Of a DNA stretch of 64,000 bases, positions 52,927-62,124 are shown one piece after another. The stretch covers positions 404 to 64,403 of the forward strand of contig JAHEAD010000014.1 in the NCBI GenBank assembly GCA_019721075.1. The letters are read 5' to 3'. The position numbers were made by a program, and so were the translations under genes. Under the pieces are notes generated by a model. That model made no database searches. It was given only the letters and a program-made list of their open reading frames with translations, and was not told the DNA's origin. This DNA comes from Candidatus Sysuiplasma jiujiangense. Lineage in GTDB: Archaea; Thermoplasmatota; Thermoplasmata; Sysuiplasmatales; Sysuiplasmataceae. Each line of letters starts with the position of its first letter. Within the stretch, counting starts at the first letter, position 1.

Positions 52927-53915
52927 GGCTTTTTGACATGGTCGTGATAAATTTATGGAACCCGAGCAATGTAGATCTGGCATCGGCTCTCATCATTTCA
53001 TTCTTGCTCGGCCTAGTTCATGGAATTACGCCTGACGAACATACCTGGCCGATCACATTCTCGTATTCCGTTAACCAGCGCGGGTCGAAGGAGGGGGCAA
53101 GGGCCGGCATGATATTTGCATCCGGCTTCACCATTCAGAGGGCAGTAATGTCGGAGGTGGCCTACTTTGCGCTTGCGGGAATTTTCCTTACAGCGGTGTC
53201 TTTCGGCATTACATATATTTTTGTCGGAATCGCAATGGCTGCGGCAGGCGTCTATTTTGCCCGCAGGAAGGGGTATTTCCATGTACACATAATAGAAAGG
53301 AAACTGGAATCGCTGCTGAGGATACATGAAAGCGGAAGCGCAGACCAGAAAGGTGAGATGGAGCACACCTCGAATCCGCTCAGCAGCAGGGACGGCATAC
53401 TCAACAGCGAGCCGATACCTGCCAAGCTGGCATTTATCCATGGGCTGATTGCCGGTTTCGGTTTCGGCGCCTTTGCTCTTATTCTTTACCTCGTCATAGC
53501 ACCTTCCATGCCAAGCCCATGGTTCGGATTTTTGCCCGGACTTCTGTTTGGCCTTGGAACAATGGCGATGCAGCTGATGTTCGGCGCATTTTTTGTCTCA
53601 CTCACAAGAAGGGTGGGCAGACTGACAGAGATTGGAATTTCGTTTGTAACCAGCAGAATATCTATGAACGTATTGCTGTACGGAGGCATAGCATTCATAC
53701 TTTCCGGTTTCGCAATACTCTTCTATCCCTCGCTCATGGACATCGGATTCACCACGGGTATAAAGGTCCACAACCTGCACAATCTTGGCATCGGCTTCTT
53801 CCTCGTCCTCTTCAGCGTCGGAATAATAGGCATAATCTCATTCATTCTATCTGTCAGAAAGGCAAGAGAACTCGGTTTGGTTGTAAAGCGCGAGGGGATC
53901 GCGGAGACAACTTAA
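52923..53915 (+). CDS. Polytopic membrane protein, putative metal transporter (NiCoT/RcnA/UreH-like)
   Basis: LGLVHGITPDEH and HGLIAGFG motifs, His-containing loop, about 7 TM helices; coupled to the regulator gene. Confidence 0.7.
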   Translation: MRLFDMVVINLWNPSNVDLASALIISFLLGLVHGITPDEHTWPITFSYSVNQRGSKEGARAGMIFASGFTIQRAVMSEVAYFALAGIFLTAVSFGITYIFVGIAMAAAGVYFARRKGYFHVHIIERKLESLLRIHESGSADQKGEMEHTSNPLSSRDGILNSEPIPAKLAFIHGLIAGFGFGAFALILYLVIAPSMPSPWFGFLPGLLFGLGTMAMQLMFGAFFVSLTRRVGRLTEIGISFVTSRISMNVLLYGGIAFILSGFAILFYPSLMDIGFTTGIKVHNLHNLGIGFFLVLFSVGIIGIISFILSVRKARELGLVVKREGIAETT

Positions 53916-53949
53916 TGTGCAGGTGCATGTTAGCCGTTTCCGGTAACCA

Positions 53950-55719
53950 ATGAGAGTGGCGGTACTCCTTGAGGATCGATGCCAGTCGAAAAGATGCAAC
54001 CAGGAATGCATCTACTTCTGCCCGGTTGTCAGGGCAGGCACGAACTGCATCGAGATGGGGGAGAATGCGAAACCTGTCATTTACGAAGATCTCTGCATAG
54101 GCTGCGGCATATGCGTAAACAAGTGCCCGTTCGATGCGCTGAGAATAGAGGGTCTCCCGGACGAACTTGGCAACCGCCTTGTTCACCAGTACGGAATGAA
54201 TTCATTCAGGCTGTACGGACTGCCGCTGCCACAGGCCGGAAAGGTCATAGGCATTCTTGGCTCAAACGGCATCGGAAAGACAACCTCACTTTCCATACTT
54301 TCCGGAACAATTGTGCCGAATCTCGGGAAATACGGATCCGAGGCAGCGAAATCAGAGGTGACAGACTTTTACAGAGGAACCGGGCTGAAGGAGTATTTCG
54401 AGCATCTGTACAGCGGCAGGCTGAGGGTTGCCACCAAGCCACAGTATGTCGACAGCATACCCAGAGCATTCAATGGAGTCGTCAGGGATCTGCTGAAGAG
54501 GGTTGATGAAAGAGGAATGATGAGGGAGATGGTTTCCGAACTTCAGATTCAAAATGCGCTGGAAAGGAAACTGTCGGATCTTTCTGGCGGAGAGCTCCAG
54601 AAGGTGGCCGTTGCTGCTACGTTTCTGAAGGATGCGGAAGTGTACCTTTTCGATGAGCCCTCTTCCTATCTTGACGTAAGGGAAAGGCTGAGGCTTGCAG
54701 CACTGATCAGAAGGGAGAGCAAAGGCAGAAGGATCGTGGTAGTGGAACATGACCTTGCAATTTTCGATTTCATTTCGGACAATGTTTACATTTATTACGG
54801 AACATACGGTGCCTACGGTATCGTTTCGCATGAGCTCGGTGCGAGAAATGCCATCAACTCATACCTGGACGGAAAGATAAAGGAGGACAATATGAGGTTC
54901 AGGAATTATGCCCTCGATTTCCAGAAGAGGCAGCCGGAGAGAGGGAGCAGCCCTGTGGAAATACTTTCGTTCACAAATCTCTCCAGGCGATACGATTCCT
55001 TCAGCCTGGAGGTGGAAAGCGGCGATGTGAGGAAAGGAGAGGTTGTGGGAATTCTAGGACCGAACGGAACAGGCAAGACGACCTTCGTGAAGATGCTTGC
55101 CGGCGTTGAAAAGCCTGATGCAGGTTCAGTGGCAAGGAATGTTTCTGTCAGCTACAAGCCGCAGTACATAAGCGGGGACTCGGACGCCACTGTGGCTGAA
55201 CTGATCCATTCGCAGGCTGAGGAGAGATCGGGGCAGCAGTTCTACGTTGCAGAGGTTATAGAGCCGATGGAGCTTCGCTATCTTATGGACAAAACGGTAA
55301 GCAGTCTTTCGGGCGGGGAATTGCAGCGTGTGGCAATATCGCTGACCTTGCTGCGGGAAGCCGAGCTCTACCTTATAGACGAACCGTCCGCATATCTCGA
55401 TTCCGCCCAGAGGATGAATGCCTCCAAGGTGATCAGGAGGGTAATAGAGAACAGCAAGAAGTCAGCATTCGTTGTCGAACACGATGTTTACTTCATGGAT
55501 CTCGTCGCCGACAGGCTGATGGTATTTGAGGGGGAGTCGGGGGAGCGTGGTGTTGGCCATTCCCCTACTGACATGAGAAACGGGATGAACACCTTCCTTA
55601 GAACGGTGGGAATTACGTTCAGGAGGGATGGAAACACGGGCAGACCGAGGATCAACAAACTGGATTCCAGGCTGGACAGGGAGCAGAAGAACTCGAACAA
55701 TTATTACTATGAAGCATGA
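53950..55719 (+). CDS. ABCE1/RLI ribosome recycling ATPase
   Basis: N-terminal two Fe-S cluster Cys motifs, two NBDs (GSNGIGKT, GPNGTGKT, LSGGELQ), RPRINK. Confidence 0.97.
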   Translation: MRVAVLLEDRCQSKRCNQECIYFCPVVRAGTNCIEMGENAKPVIYEDLCIGCGICVNKCPFDALRIEGLPDELGNRLVHQYGMNSFRLYGLPLPQAGKVIGILGSNGIGKTTSLSILSGTIVPNLGKYGSEAAKSEVTDFYRGTGLKEYFEHLYSGRLRVATKPQYVDSIPRAFNGVVRDLLKRVDERGMMREMVSELQIQNALERKLSDLSGGELQKVAVAATFLKDAEVYLFDEPSSYLDVRERLRLAALIRRESKGRRIVVVEHDLAIFDFISDNVYIYYGTYGAYGIVSHELGARNAINSYLDGKIKEDNMRFRNYALDFQKRQPERGSSPVEILSFTNLSRRYDSFSLEVESGDVRKGEVVGILGPNGTGKTTFVKMLAGVEKPDAGSVARNVSVSYKPQYISGDSDATVAELIHSQAEERSGQQFYVAEVIEPMELRYLMDKTVSSLSGGELQRVAISLTLLREAELYLIDEPSAYLDSAQRMNASKVIRRVIENSKKSAFVVEHDVYFMDLVADRLMVFEGESGERGVGHSPTDMRNGMNTFLRTVGITFRRDGNTGRPRINKLDSRLDREQKNSNNYYYEA

Positions 55720-55722
55720 TCG

Positions 55723-56238
55723 TCAGTGCCTGAACGAGGGCAGCCTGAACCTGCCGTCCTCGGAGTATGCTGCATAACCGCTTGCAAAGTAGATGAGAGG
55801 AGGTTTTTCATTCAAATTCTCTATTTCCAGTACGTTGCCGAGTACCAGCCTGTGATCTGACGCCTCAACGATCCGTTCAACTGCAATTTCGATTGCTCCG
55901 AGACAGCCGTCTACAAGAGGCTGGCCGAAACGCCCGCTGTGTGTCCTGACAGAAGAGAATTTGAGTTCCTGGCTGTTTCTCCTTGAAAATATCTCTGAAA
56001 CGTGCTTCTGGTCATGTGCAAGAAATGAGATTCCTGCCCTCCCCACCTTCTCAACGAGTCTTGTTGTCTCGGCCTCGTTTTGAAGGGAGATAACGACGGA
56101 TGGAGGCTTGAGCGAGAGAGACAGGAGCGCATTCGCGGTCATCCCCGCTCTGGATTCACCGTCGCTTGCGGCGATGACAGCAACACCGGTGGGAAAGCTT
56201 GAGATCATTCGCCGGAAGGCCCGTTCATCTGCTGGCAT
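55723..56238 (-). CDS. Flavin reductase-like protein
   Basis: FPTGV, GMTAN...SLS..PP, DH....G.V, PLIY. Confidence 0.9.
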   Translation of the reverse strand: MPADERAFRRMISSFPTGVAVIAASDGESRAGMTANALLSLSLKPPSVVISLQNEAETTRLVEKVGRAGISFLAHDQKHVSEIFSRRNSQELKFSSVRTHSGRFGQPLVDGCLGAIEIAVERIVEASDHRLVLGNVLEIENLNEKPPLIYFASGYAAYSEDGRFRLPSFRH

Positions 56239-56297
56239 TCAAAATGTCAAATTCAATTTGACTTATAAACCTGCGCAGGAGGTGGTCGCCTGCCAAT

Positions 56298-56930
56298 TCA
56301 GTCCCCGGATTTGAACCTGGCGCGCCGCACTGCCCTGAGCAGGTACAAGACAAGAAGGACGCCGGCTGCAAGCACGACTGCTGCTGCAGTATCATTGAGA
56401 TAACCGAGTATAGTATAGACTGTTCCGAGATTTCTGCCTATTTCGTATCCGGCTGCGGCAAGGGCTGTAACAAAAATTACGGTTCCGGCAAATGTGAAGA
56501 GTAAGAAGCGCCTGTATTCCATGAGGGCTATCCCCGCAGGCAGCGAAATATAGGTACGCACGAGCGGAATAATCCTTCCAGCGAACACAGCAAGATCGCC
56601 GTGCCGTCTGAAGAATGCATCACCCCTCTCGATGTCTTCCCGTCTTATCAGAAGGTAATGGCCGTACTTCTCCACCGCCTTTCTTCCCCCGTATTTTCCA
56701 ATCAGCCAGCTTACGGTGGAGCCGACGAGCGATGCGACCGTCGCCACCACTATAACGGTCAGGAGGTTGAACCTGTCCATATAGCTCAGGACGCCGGCAA
56801 GAATCAGTACTGCTTCGCTAGCGGCCGGGATCATCATGCTGTCGAGCGTCATAAGATAGAAAATGCCCGCGTAACCTAGGGAAAGCAGCACGTCGAGGCT
56901 TACATTGAAAAGGAACGAAAGAACCGCCAT
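56298..56930 (-). CDS. DedA-family membrane protein
   Basis: SE.VL..AG, G..GG, FFRRHG, GRIIP.VR..ISLPAG. Confidence 0.9.
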   Translation of the reverse strand: MAVLSFLFNVSLDVLLSLGYAGIFYLMTLDSMMIPAASEAVLILAGVLSYMDRFNLLTVIVVATVASLVGSTVSWLIGKYGGRKAVEKYGHYLLIRREDIERGDAFFRRHGDLAVFAGRIIPLVRTYISLPAGIALMEYRRFLLFTFAGTVIFVTALAAAGYEIGRNLGTVYTILGYLNDTAAAVVLAAGVLLVLYLLRAVRRARFKSGD

Positions 56931-56989
56931 TTTACACCCACCTACAATACGCCAGGTACTCATGGTTCATTTCATCATACCGGAACAGC

Positions 56990-57976
56990 CTATCCTATCA
57001 GCTTCGAAACCGTTCCGCGGCCCGCTATCCTGAGAGAACCGGGTGGTTTCGCATTGAAGATCACTGCGTTCTCGTTCTCGAAGGCCAGCTCCTGGTCTGT
57101 CTCCACCTCGAGTCTTTCGCCAGCCTCTATTATCCTTGCCTGATTGCACTGCAGACCTGTATTTACATGAATGATCTTCCCGGGTGCGAGTTCCTCACGG
57201 TAGTACGGTTCCCTGGCGAACGATATACTCAGCGACCTGGCGGATTCAAAACGCATGTTGTCCGTCAGCACCGTGCCCCGCGGGAGCTGTGAAGGCGACA
57301 GTCCCTTGATAGCAATTCCCACCCTGCTTCCAGCGGCAGCCTCCTTGTGGTCTACGTCAAATATCTGGATAGATCTCACCGAGCCCTCCCTGCCGCCAGG
57401 CATGGCAATGAGCTTGTCATGAATCCTGACTGTGCCGTATTTCACCAGGCCTAGCGCAACCGTCCCGACTCCTTTGACTTCAAATGAATGGTCAACGTCG
57501 ATCCTCCAGTGTTCCGCGTCCGCTTTGCGCTGCGTCTCGAGATTGAGCAGAAATTCCCAAATTCTTTTTCCGGCATCCCCGCCGCTCACAACAGACCATC
57601 CCTGCACCCTGGAACCCATCAGTAACCTGACACGCTCGCCTGTCTGCTCATCGGCCACTATCAGCCCACTTAACCCGAAATTGCCGAGCGCAACGATTTC
57701 CTCGCCCAGCCTGGCGTCTACCGTGTCCGCAAAAATCACGGAAGCATCGGACATGTACAGCGACTGCAGCAGAGGTTGAATCTTTTCGGGATAAGTCTGC
57801 GGTATCACTATGCTTACAGCCAGATCCCCTTCCCTCTTGTCGTAGATAAGGAGGTCGCTCTCAGTTCCCTTCCTGGCTATCCCTGATGCAACCGAGGACA
57901 TCAATTCCACCGACGAACCGATAAACGAAACATTTGCAAACTTCATGACAGCATCGACCTCATTCAGGTTAGGCAC
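56990..57976 (-). CDS. Archaeal SelB-like elongation-factor homologue (aSelBL), degenerate G domain
   Basis: KGTESD, YPEKI..L, DHSFEVKGVGTVALG, RSIQ..D, RVG.A.KG; no GxxxxGK P-loop. Alternative start at ATG 57946. Confidence 0.85.
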   Translation of the reverse strand: MPNLNEVDAVMKFANVSFIGSSVELMSSVASGIARKGTESDLLIYDKREGDLAVSIVIPQTYPEKIQPLLQSLYMSDASVIFADTVDARLGEEIVALGNFGLSGLIVADEQTGERVRLLMGSRVQGWSVVSGGDAGKRIWEFLLNLETQRKADAEHWRIDVDHSFEVKGVGTVALGLVKYGTVRIHDKLIAMPGGREGSVRSIQIFDVDHKEAAAGSRVGIAIKGLSPSQLPRGTVLTDNMRFESARSLSISFAREPYYREELAPGKIIHVNTGLQCNQARIIEAGERLEVETDQELAFENENAVIFNAKPPGSLRIAGRGTVSKLIG

Positions 57977-58098
57977 AGGGTCATATTCTCAATGCTTTAA
58001 AATTTCATCCCCCACCCTTGGTGCGAAATCGCCACAACTACCCGATACATATGGGTGCCCGTTCCGGAACAGTTTCCGGCACATCCGTCTGTACATTC

Positions 58099-58812
58099 TC
58101 AACTCTTCGGCTCGTTGCAGTTCGGACAGGAGTGCATGAATGCAGGGAAGGAGGCACCGCACTTCTTGCATTTGACCATGTCGGCATGGTGTTTCGGAGC
58201 CGCGGTTGCAGGCGGAATTGCATAAGGCTGCGATCCGGACTGCGGCTCCTGTGCCCTTGTCTTCTGCACGGCCGGGCGTTCAGAAGCACGGCCGGGCTGC
58301 TTCGTCTCCTGTGGCGCGGTCTCCGCCGTCTCCATTGCACTCTGGGGCATCTGGACACCGGTTGATCTCAGCTTGATTGCAGAAGCAATCAGGAAAACGC
58401 CCGGAAGGACCCCGAATAGTATGGAAAGTATCCCCCAGATTATGGCGCGCTCCTCTGCGGAGGAAAAGTGACCAGTGTCTATGTAGGCTGTGACATGCAG
58501 CTTTATAAATGCAACTTCGAGGATGCACACGAACACCACTGCTATCAGGTATACCGCAGACCATAGATAGGTCGTAGAATAGGAAGCCGCGCCAGGATTG
58601 ACTATTACATATCCGGGGGCGGAAAATTTGAAATAATAATAGAACGAGACGATCGAAAGCACGACAGCTGCGGGTATTTCAATCAGTGCCACTATCTGTG
58701 CCCAGAAGGCATGATTTCTTGCATCACGGGCAGCAGGCGGCAGCCACGGGGGCGTTTCCTCCGACGTGAAAAAGTTGATCTGGGTCAAACCGGTTCCTTC
58801 CGTCAGCCGCAA
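58099..58812 (-). CDS. Membrane protein with C-terminal zinc ribbon
   Basis: Three to four TM segments, P/Q/A-rich linker, CKKC...CPNC. Confidence 0.75.
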   Translation of the reverse strand: MRLTEGTGLTQINFFTSEETPPWLPPAARDARNHAFWAQIVALIEIPAAVVLSIVSFYYYFKFSAPGYVIVNPGAASYSTTYLWSAVYLIAVVFVCILEVAFIKLHVTAYIDTGHFSSAEERAIIWGILSILFGVLPGVFLIASAIKLRSTGVQMPQSAMETAETAPQETKQPGRASERPAVQKTRAQEPQSGSQPYAIPPATAAPKHHADMVKCKKCGASFPAFMHSCPNCNEPKS

Positions 58813-58916
58813 AAGAACTGACTGTTGACCGATTAGAGAATCGATATTTATTACTATCTAGTTGTGCTGTATGGGGAAGACGGACAGGGCAGCGACTGAT
58901 TTATGAAGGTGCACAA

Positions 58917-59705
58917 GTGAAGAGAGATTTGTACTCGGAAATTTACTATTCCCTGAGAAGACCTGAGGACATAAGTTTGGCGGCAGAGAAATTTCGTCTG
59001 CCGGAAGAGCTGATGCTCGTGATCTACACTCAGAAGACTGTCAGGTATGCTACGAAAGACTATTACCAGATTGTCGAAATGGCCCCGACGCTACTGAAAC
59101 GGTGGAAAACCGGGGAACCGATGGTAAGAATTGCAAGGCGGCTGAATTTTCCTCCAATCCTTCTGGGTCTCATCCTGATGTCGCAGAACGGTGTCGGCAG
59201 GAAGAAATTCTGGAAAATGGTCAGGAACCCTGAAACGGTCGAAGACAAGCGACTCCGGGCCGAGATGCACGCCATAAGGAAGGCGGACATACTCTATTCG
59301 CCTGAGGGTGCTGAAGTTCAGAAGCAGCGGGGAATAAAAGGCGAGGAGAAACTGGAAAAATGGCTTGCTGAACACAGCATAACCTTCAGGACAGAAAAGG
59401 ATCTGAGGGGGAAGTTTCCCAAGACCCCTGACTTTTTGCTGGATGAACCCATAAACTGCGACGGATACCAGATCAAGTGGATAGATTCCAAGGCTTCCTT
59501 CGGGGACGACATTGAGGTGAGGAAAAACAACAGGAGACAGTTTCACCAGTATGTTTCCCTGTTCGGGAAGGGATTCGTTCTTTACTGGTTCGGCTTCCTT
59601 GACGATATAAAGTCCGATGGGGAAATACTTGTGGGAGATACAAAGATGCTCGACAGGCTGGAGAAATGCCTGGATGAAAAGCAAATGACAGCCGGTGAGA
59701 GCTAA
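58917..59705 (+). CDS. C15orf41/CDIN1-like (TPD-motif) PD-(D/E)xK nuclease-fold protein
   Basis: G..GE..L..WL, KTPDFLL, WIDSKASFGD, Q...Y...FG.G.VLYWFG. Confidence 0.85.
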   Translation: MKRDLYSEIYYSLRRPEDISLAAEKFRLPEELMLVIYTQKTVRYATKDYYQIVEMAPTLLKRWKTGEPMVRIARRLNFPPILLGLILMSQNGVGRKKFWKMVRNPETVEDKRLRAEMHAIRKADILYSPEGAEVQKQRGIKGEEKLEKWLAEHSITFRTEKDLRGKFPKTPDFLLDEPINCDGYQIKWIDSKASFGDDIEVRKNNRRQFHQYVSLFGKGFVLYWFGFLDDIKSDGEILVGDTKMLDRLEKCLDEKQMTAGES

Positions 59706-59746
59706 GTGCAATAATTTTTATCCTCGGCAGCGGGACTGCATGCTAC

Positions 59747-60730
59747 ATGGCGGGTATTACCTTTTCGGCCGGCGATATAGAGAAATTCAGCTACTGTCCG
59801 CTGAGCTGGTGGCTGAGCCGGGATGAGAAAAGTGAATCTGCCCAGACTGCATCGGGGAGCAGGGCACATAAATTGCTGAACGACAGGCTGACGGATATAT
59901 CGTCGAATCAGAAGGAAAGCACAGTATACAGCCGGATGATCATGTATTATGCAGTAATTTCCACTGTTCTGGCTATCGCGGGGCTGTCGGTGGTGCGGTT
60001 CGATCTGAAGTACGAACTTTCCCGCGTTCTGCTCCTTCTTTCCATCATCTGGATCATCATGGCGGTAACAATACTTTACATTAGCAGAAACGACACGCAT
60101 GACAGGAAGAGACAGACAGAGAGAATCGTTTTGTTTCTGGCAGCCCTTTCGATGGTTCTGTCCATACTCTCAGTAACAATCCTGCAGGTGAACACGTTCC
60201 TAGCAATGGTTCTGGAAAGCGCGTCCCTGTTGTGGCTCATAGGGGCATCAAGCTTCCTCTATCTCGATCTCTGGGCCGAAAGGAAGGCGGAGAACATCGA
60301 GAAAAAAATCAACGTAAGCGGAAGGATAATTTACATAGGGGATGACAGACATCCTGTCCTGGTATCAGGGGACGGTACGATTTCCGGGCGCCCCGATTTC
60401 ATCATAGAGAGCGAAGGTGAAATAATGCCTGTGGAATTCAAATCCGGCAGAAGGCCCGCAGGACCGCTTTTCTCCCACATAATGCAGGTATCCGCTTACT
60501 GCAGGCTCGTTGAAGACAACTTCGTAAGGAGACCGGATTACGGTCTAATCTACTACGGGACCAAAAGCTTCGCAGTCGACTTCGACGACGAGGTCGAAAA
60601 GCTGCTGATGAAGAAGGTTGGGGAGATGAGAATTGCTGTGGAAAAAGGGGAGGCTCACAGAAATCACAACAGACCCGGAAAGTGCCTCAGCTGTTCGAGA
60701 AGGGCGGTATGCGACGAACGGCTGGCCTGA
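59747..60730 (+). CDS. Solo Cas4-like RecB-family nuclease with inserted transmembrane domain
   Basis: SAGDIEKFSYCP...G.RAH; four hydrophobic helices; GRPD, VEFKSG, QVSAY, GLIYY, CLSC.....C. Confidence 0.85.
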   Translation: MAGITFSAGDIEKFSYCPLSWWLSRDEKSESAQTASGSRAHKLLNDRLTDISSNQKESTVYSRMIMYYAVISTVLAIAGLSVVRFDLKYELSRVLLLLSIIWIIMAVTILYISRNDTHDRKRQTERIVLFLAALSMVLSILSVTILQVNTFLAMVLESASLLWLIGASSFLYLDLWAERKAENIEKKINVSGRIIYIGDDRHPVLVSGDGTISGRPDFIIESEGEIMPVEFKSGRRPAGPLFSHIMQVSAYCRLVEDNFVRRPDYGLIYYGTKSFAVDFDDEVEKLLMKKVGEMRIAVEKGEAHRNHNRPGKCLSCSRRAVCDERLA

Positions 60731-60733
60731 ATT

Positions 60734-61039
60734 TCACTTTTTTGACATTTCCTCCAGCGACTTCTGTATTTCGGCTATCTGCTCCTTCATCGACAGCATC
60801 TCAATCTCGAAAGGTGTAAACTTGCCGGGACTGAGGAGCCTGTGGGCTATCGTTATGCCGATGAAAATTGCACCGATGACGGCAAGTATGGCTATGGTCA
60901 CCAGAGAAAAAACGAAAAGGTAGAAATTGGCAGCAATGGAGGACACCCTGATGAGTCCCGTGAACTGAAGCATCTCGAATATTACAAGCAGGGATATGAC
61001 CGCAAGCCAGACAACTGTTGTGAACGACAGCTTAGGCAA
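60734..61039 (-). CDS. Small two-TM membrane protein with C-terminal coiled coil
   Basis: Two hydrophobic helices, then FTPFEIEML..KEQIAEIQKSLEE; TTG start after GGAGG overlapping the upstream stop. Confidence 0.7.
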   Translation of the reverse strand: MPKLSFTTVVWLAVISLLVIFEMLQFTGLIRVSSIAANFYLFVFSLVTIAILAVIGAIFIGITIAHRLLSPGKFTPFEIEMLSMKEQIAEIQKSLEEMSKK

Positions 61040-61523
61040 TTTTCCTTCCCTCCATTGAAGCAACGTAAGGCGTCTGGCCCAGTATTATGACATGAACGCC
61101 TCCCTTCGGTACAACGCCGACCAGGGAACTGCCGGAAGCGGACGCATTGACGGTGACAGTTGCATTGAAAAAATACTCCCTGTTCTGAGAAGAGTCCAGC
61201 GCAGCGGAGTTCAGGCTCATATTGACAGTATGCAGCTGCATGCCAAGATAGTATGTATTGCCTTCAATTTCAGAAAAGGTCATGGCTGTTCCGTTCGCCC
61301 CGATATATCTGGCAGAGACCTGGATGGTTCTGTAGAGATACGGGCCGAGGGCTCCATGTATCAGAATCGTGATGTTGCCTTCGTAGTAGGCAAGCAGAAT
61401 CGACGGATATCCAGGGTATGGACTGCCGGTCTTGCCGGTGGTGGAGACTGCCGTATAAACGTTGAGCGAAACGAGTGCCACAACTGCGAGTATAATGAGT
61501 GCATTCCTGATGTTTTTGTTCAT
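61032..61523 (-). CDS. Secreted or membrane-anchored hypothetical protein
   Basis: Basic N-terminus and hydrophobic helix, beta-rich body with sequons; GGAGG upstream. Confidence 0.75.
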   Translation of the reverse strand: MNKNIRNALIILAVVALVSLNVYTAVSTTGKTGSPYPGYPSILLAYYEGNITILIHGALGPYLYRTIQVSARYIGANGTAMTFSEIEGNTYYLGMQLHTVNMSLNSAALDSSQNREYFFNATVTVNASASGSSLVGVVPKGGVHVIILGQTPYVASMEGRKIA

Positions 61524-61649
61524 GCCTCCACTTTTCCCCCGGCTTCTTCAAATACACCTATCCTCGCGACGGGCTGCGACTTTATGCGGCGCTGAAAGTG
61601 TAGCATCCAGTTATGTAAAAACAAACGTCCTATTCAATCTATTGAACCT

Positions 61650-61871
61650 TCAGAAGTCGAATTCGTCTCCCGAGTTTTCTTCGTATGCGCCGTAAATCCT
61701 GCTGTTCATGAGGGCCGTGGCTTCCGGCGTTCTGGGCTGGAATAAATCGCACTCGTAATGAGGCCCTACATTCTTCTTTTTTGCTATACAATAACCCATA
61801 AGTTCCCCCGGGTTTCCCTCAGGTCTGTGATCCCAGTTTATGCATTTGCGGCACAGGTTGGTTTTTTCCAT
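61650..61871 (-). CDS. Small Cys-containing protein with acidic tail
   Basis: CRKC.NW...GYC...ECDLF; ends EENSGDEFDF; TTTATA upstream. Confidence 0.65.
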   Translation of the reverse strand: MEKTNLCRKCINWDHRPEGNPGELMGYCIAKKKNVGPHYECDLFQPRTPEATALMNSRIYGAYEENSGDEFDF

Positions 61872-61911
61872 GCGACATCACCAAATCCCATTCTGTATAA
61901 AACCGTTGCCA

Positions 61912-61941
61912 GAAAAAAATCACTTCGGCCTCCGCGGCCGA
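61912..61941 (-). terminator. Hairpin plus oligo-T terminator after tRNA-iMet
   Basis: Minus strand TCGGCC-GCGGA-GGCCGA followed by AGTGATTTTTTTC. Confidence 0.65.
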
Positions 61942-62029
61942 TAGCGGGGGATCGATTTGAACGATCGTTCTTCGGGTATCCCATAGGAATTATGAGCCCG
62001 ACGGGATGTCCTGGCTACCCCACCCCGCT
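61942..62029 (-). tRNA. Initiator tRNA-Met(CAT) with a 13-nt intron at 37/38 (intron 61978-61990)
   Basis: AGCGGGGTGGGGTAGCCAGGACATCCCGTCGGGCTCATA[ATTCCTATGGGAT]ACCCGAAGAACGATCGTTCAAATCGATCCCCCGCTA; A1:U72 and three G:C pairs in the anticodon stem mark it as the initiator. Confidence 0.93.
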
Positions 62030-62124
62030 TTGCAGTATGACTGAATGGCGGCATCATAATAAACCTTGCTTCTGCAATTCTGCGATCCAAGCCCTCCTCA
62101 GAAAACGGAATTTACGGAACGAAA

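Noticed and set aside
56990..57976. Selenocysteine machinery (true SelB)
   Set aside because: No P-loop, too short, and no sel genes or tRNA-Sec nearby; fits aSelBL.
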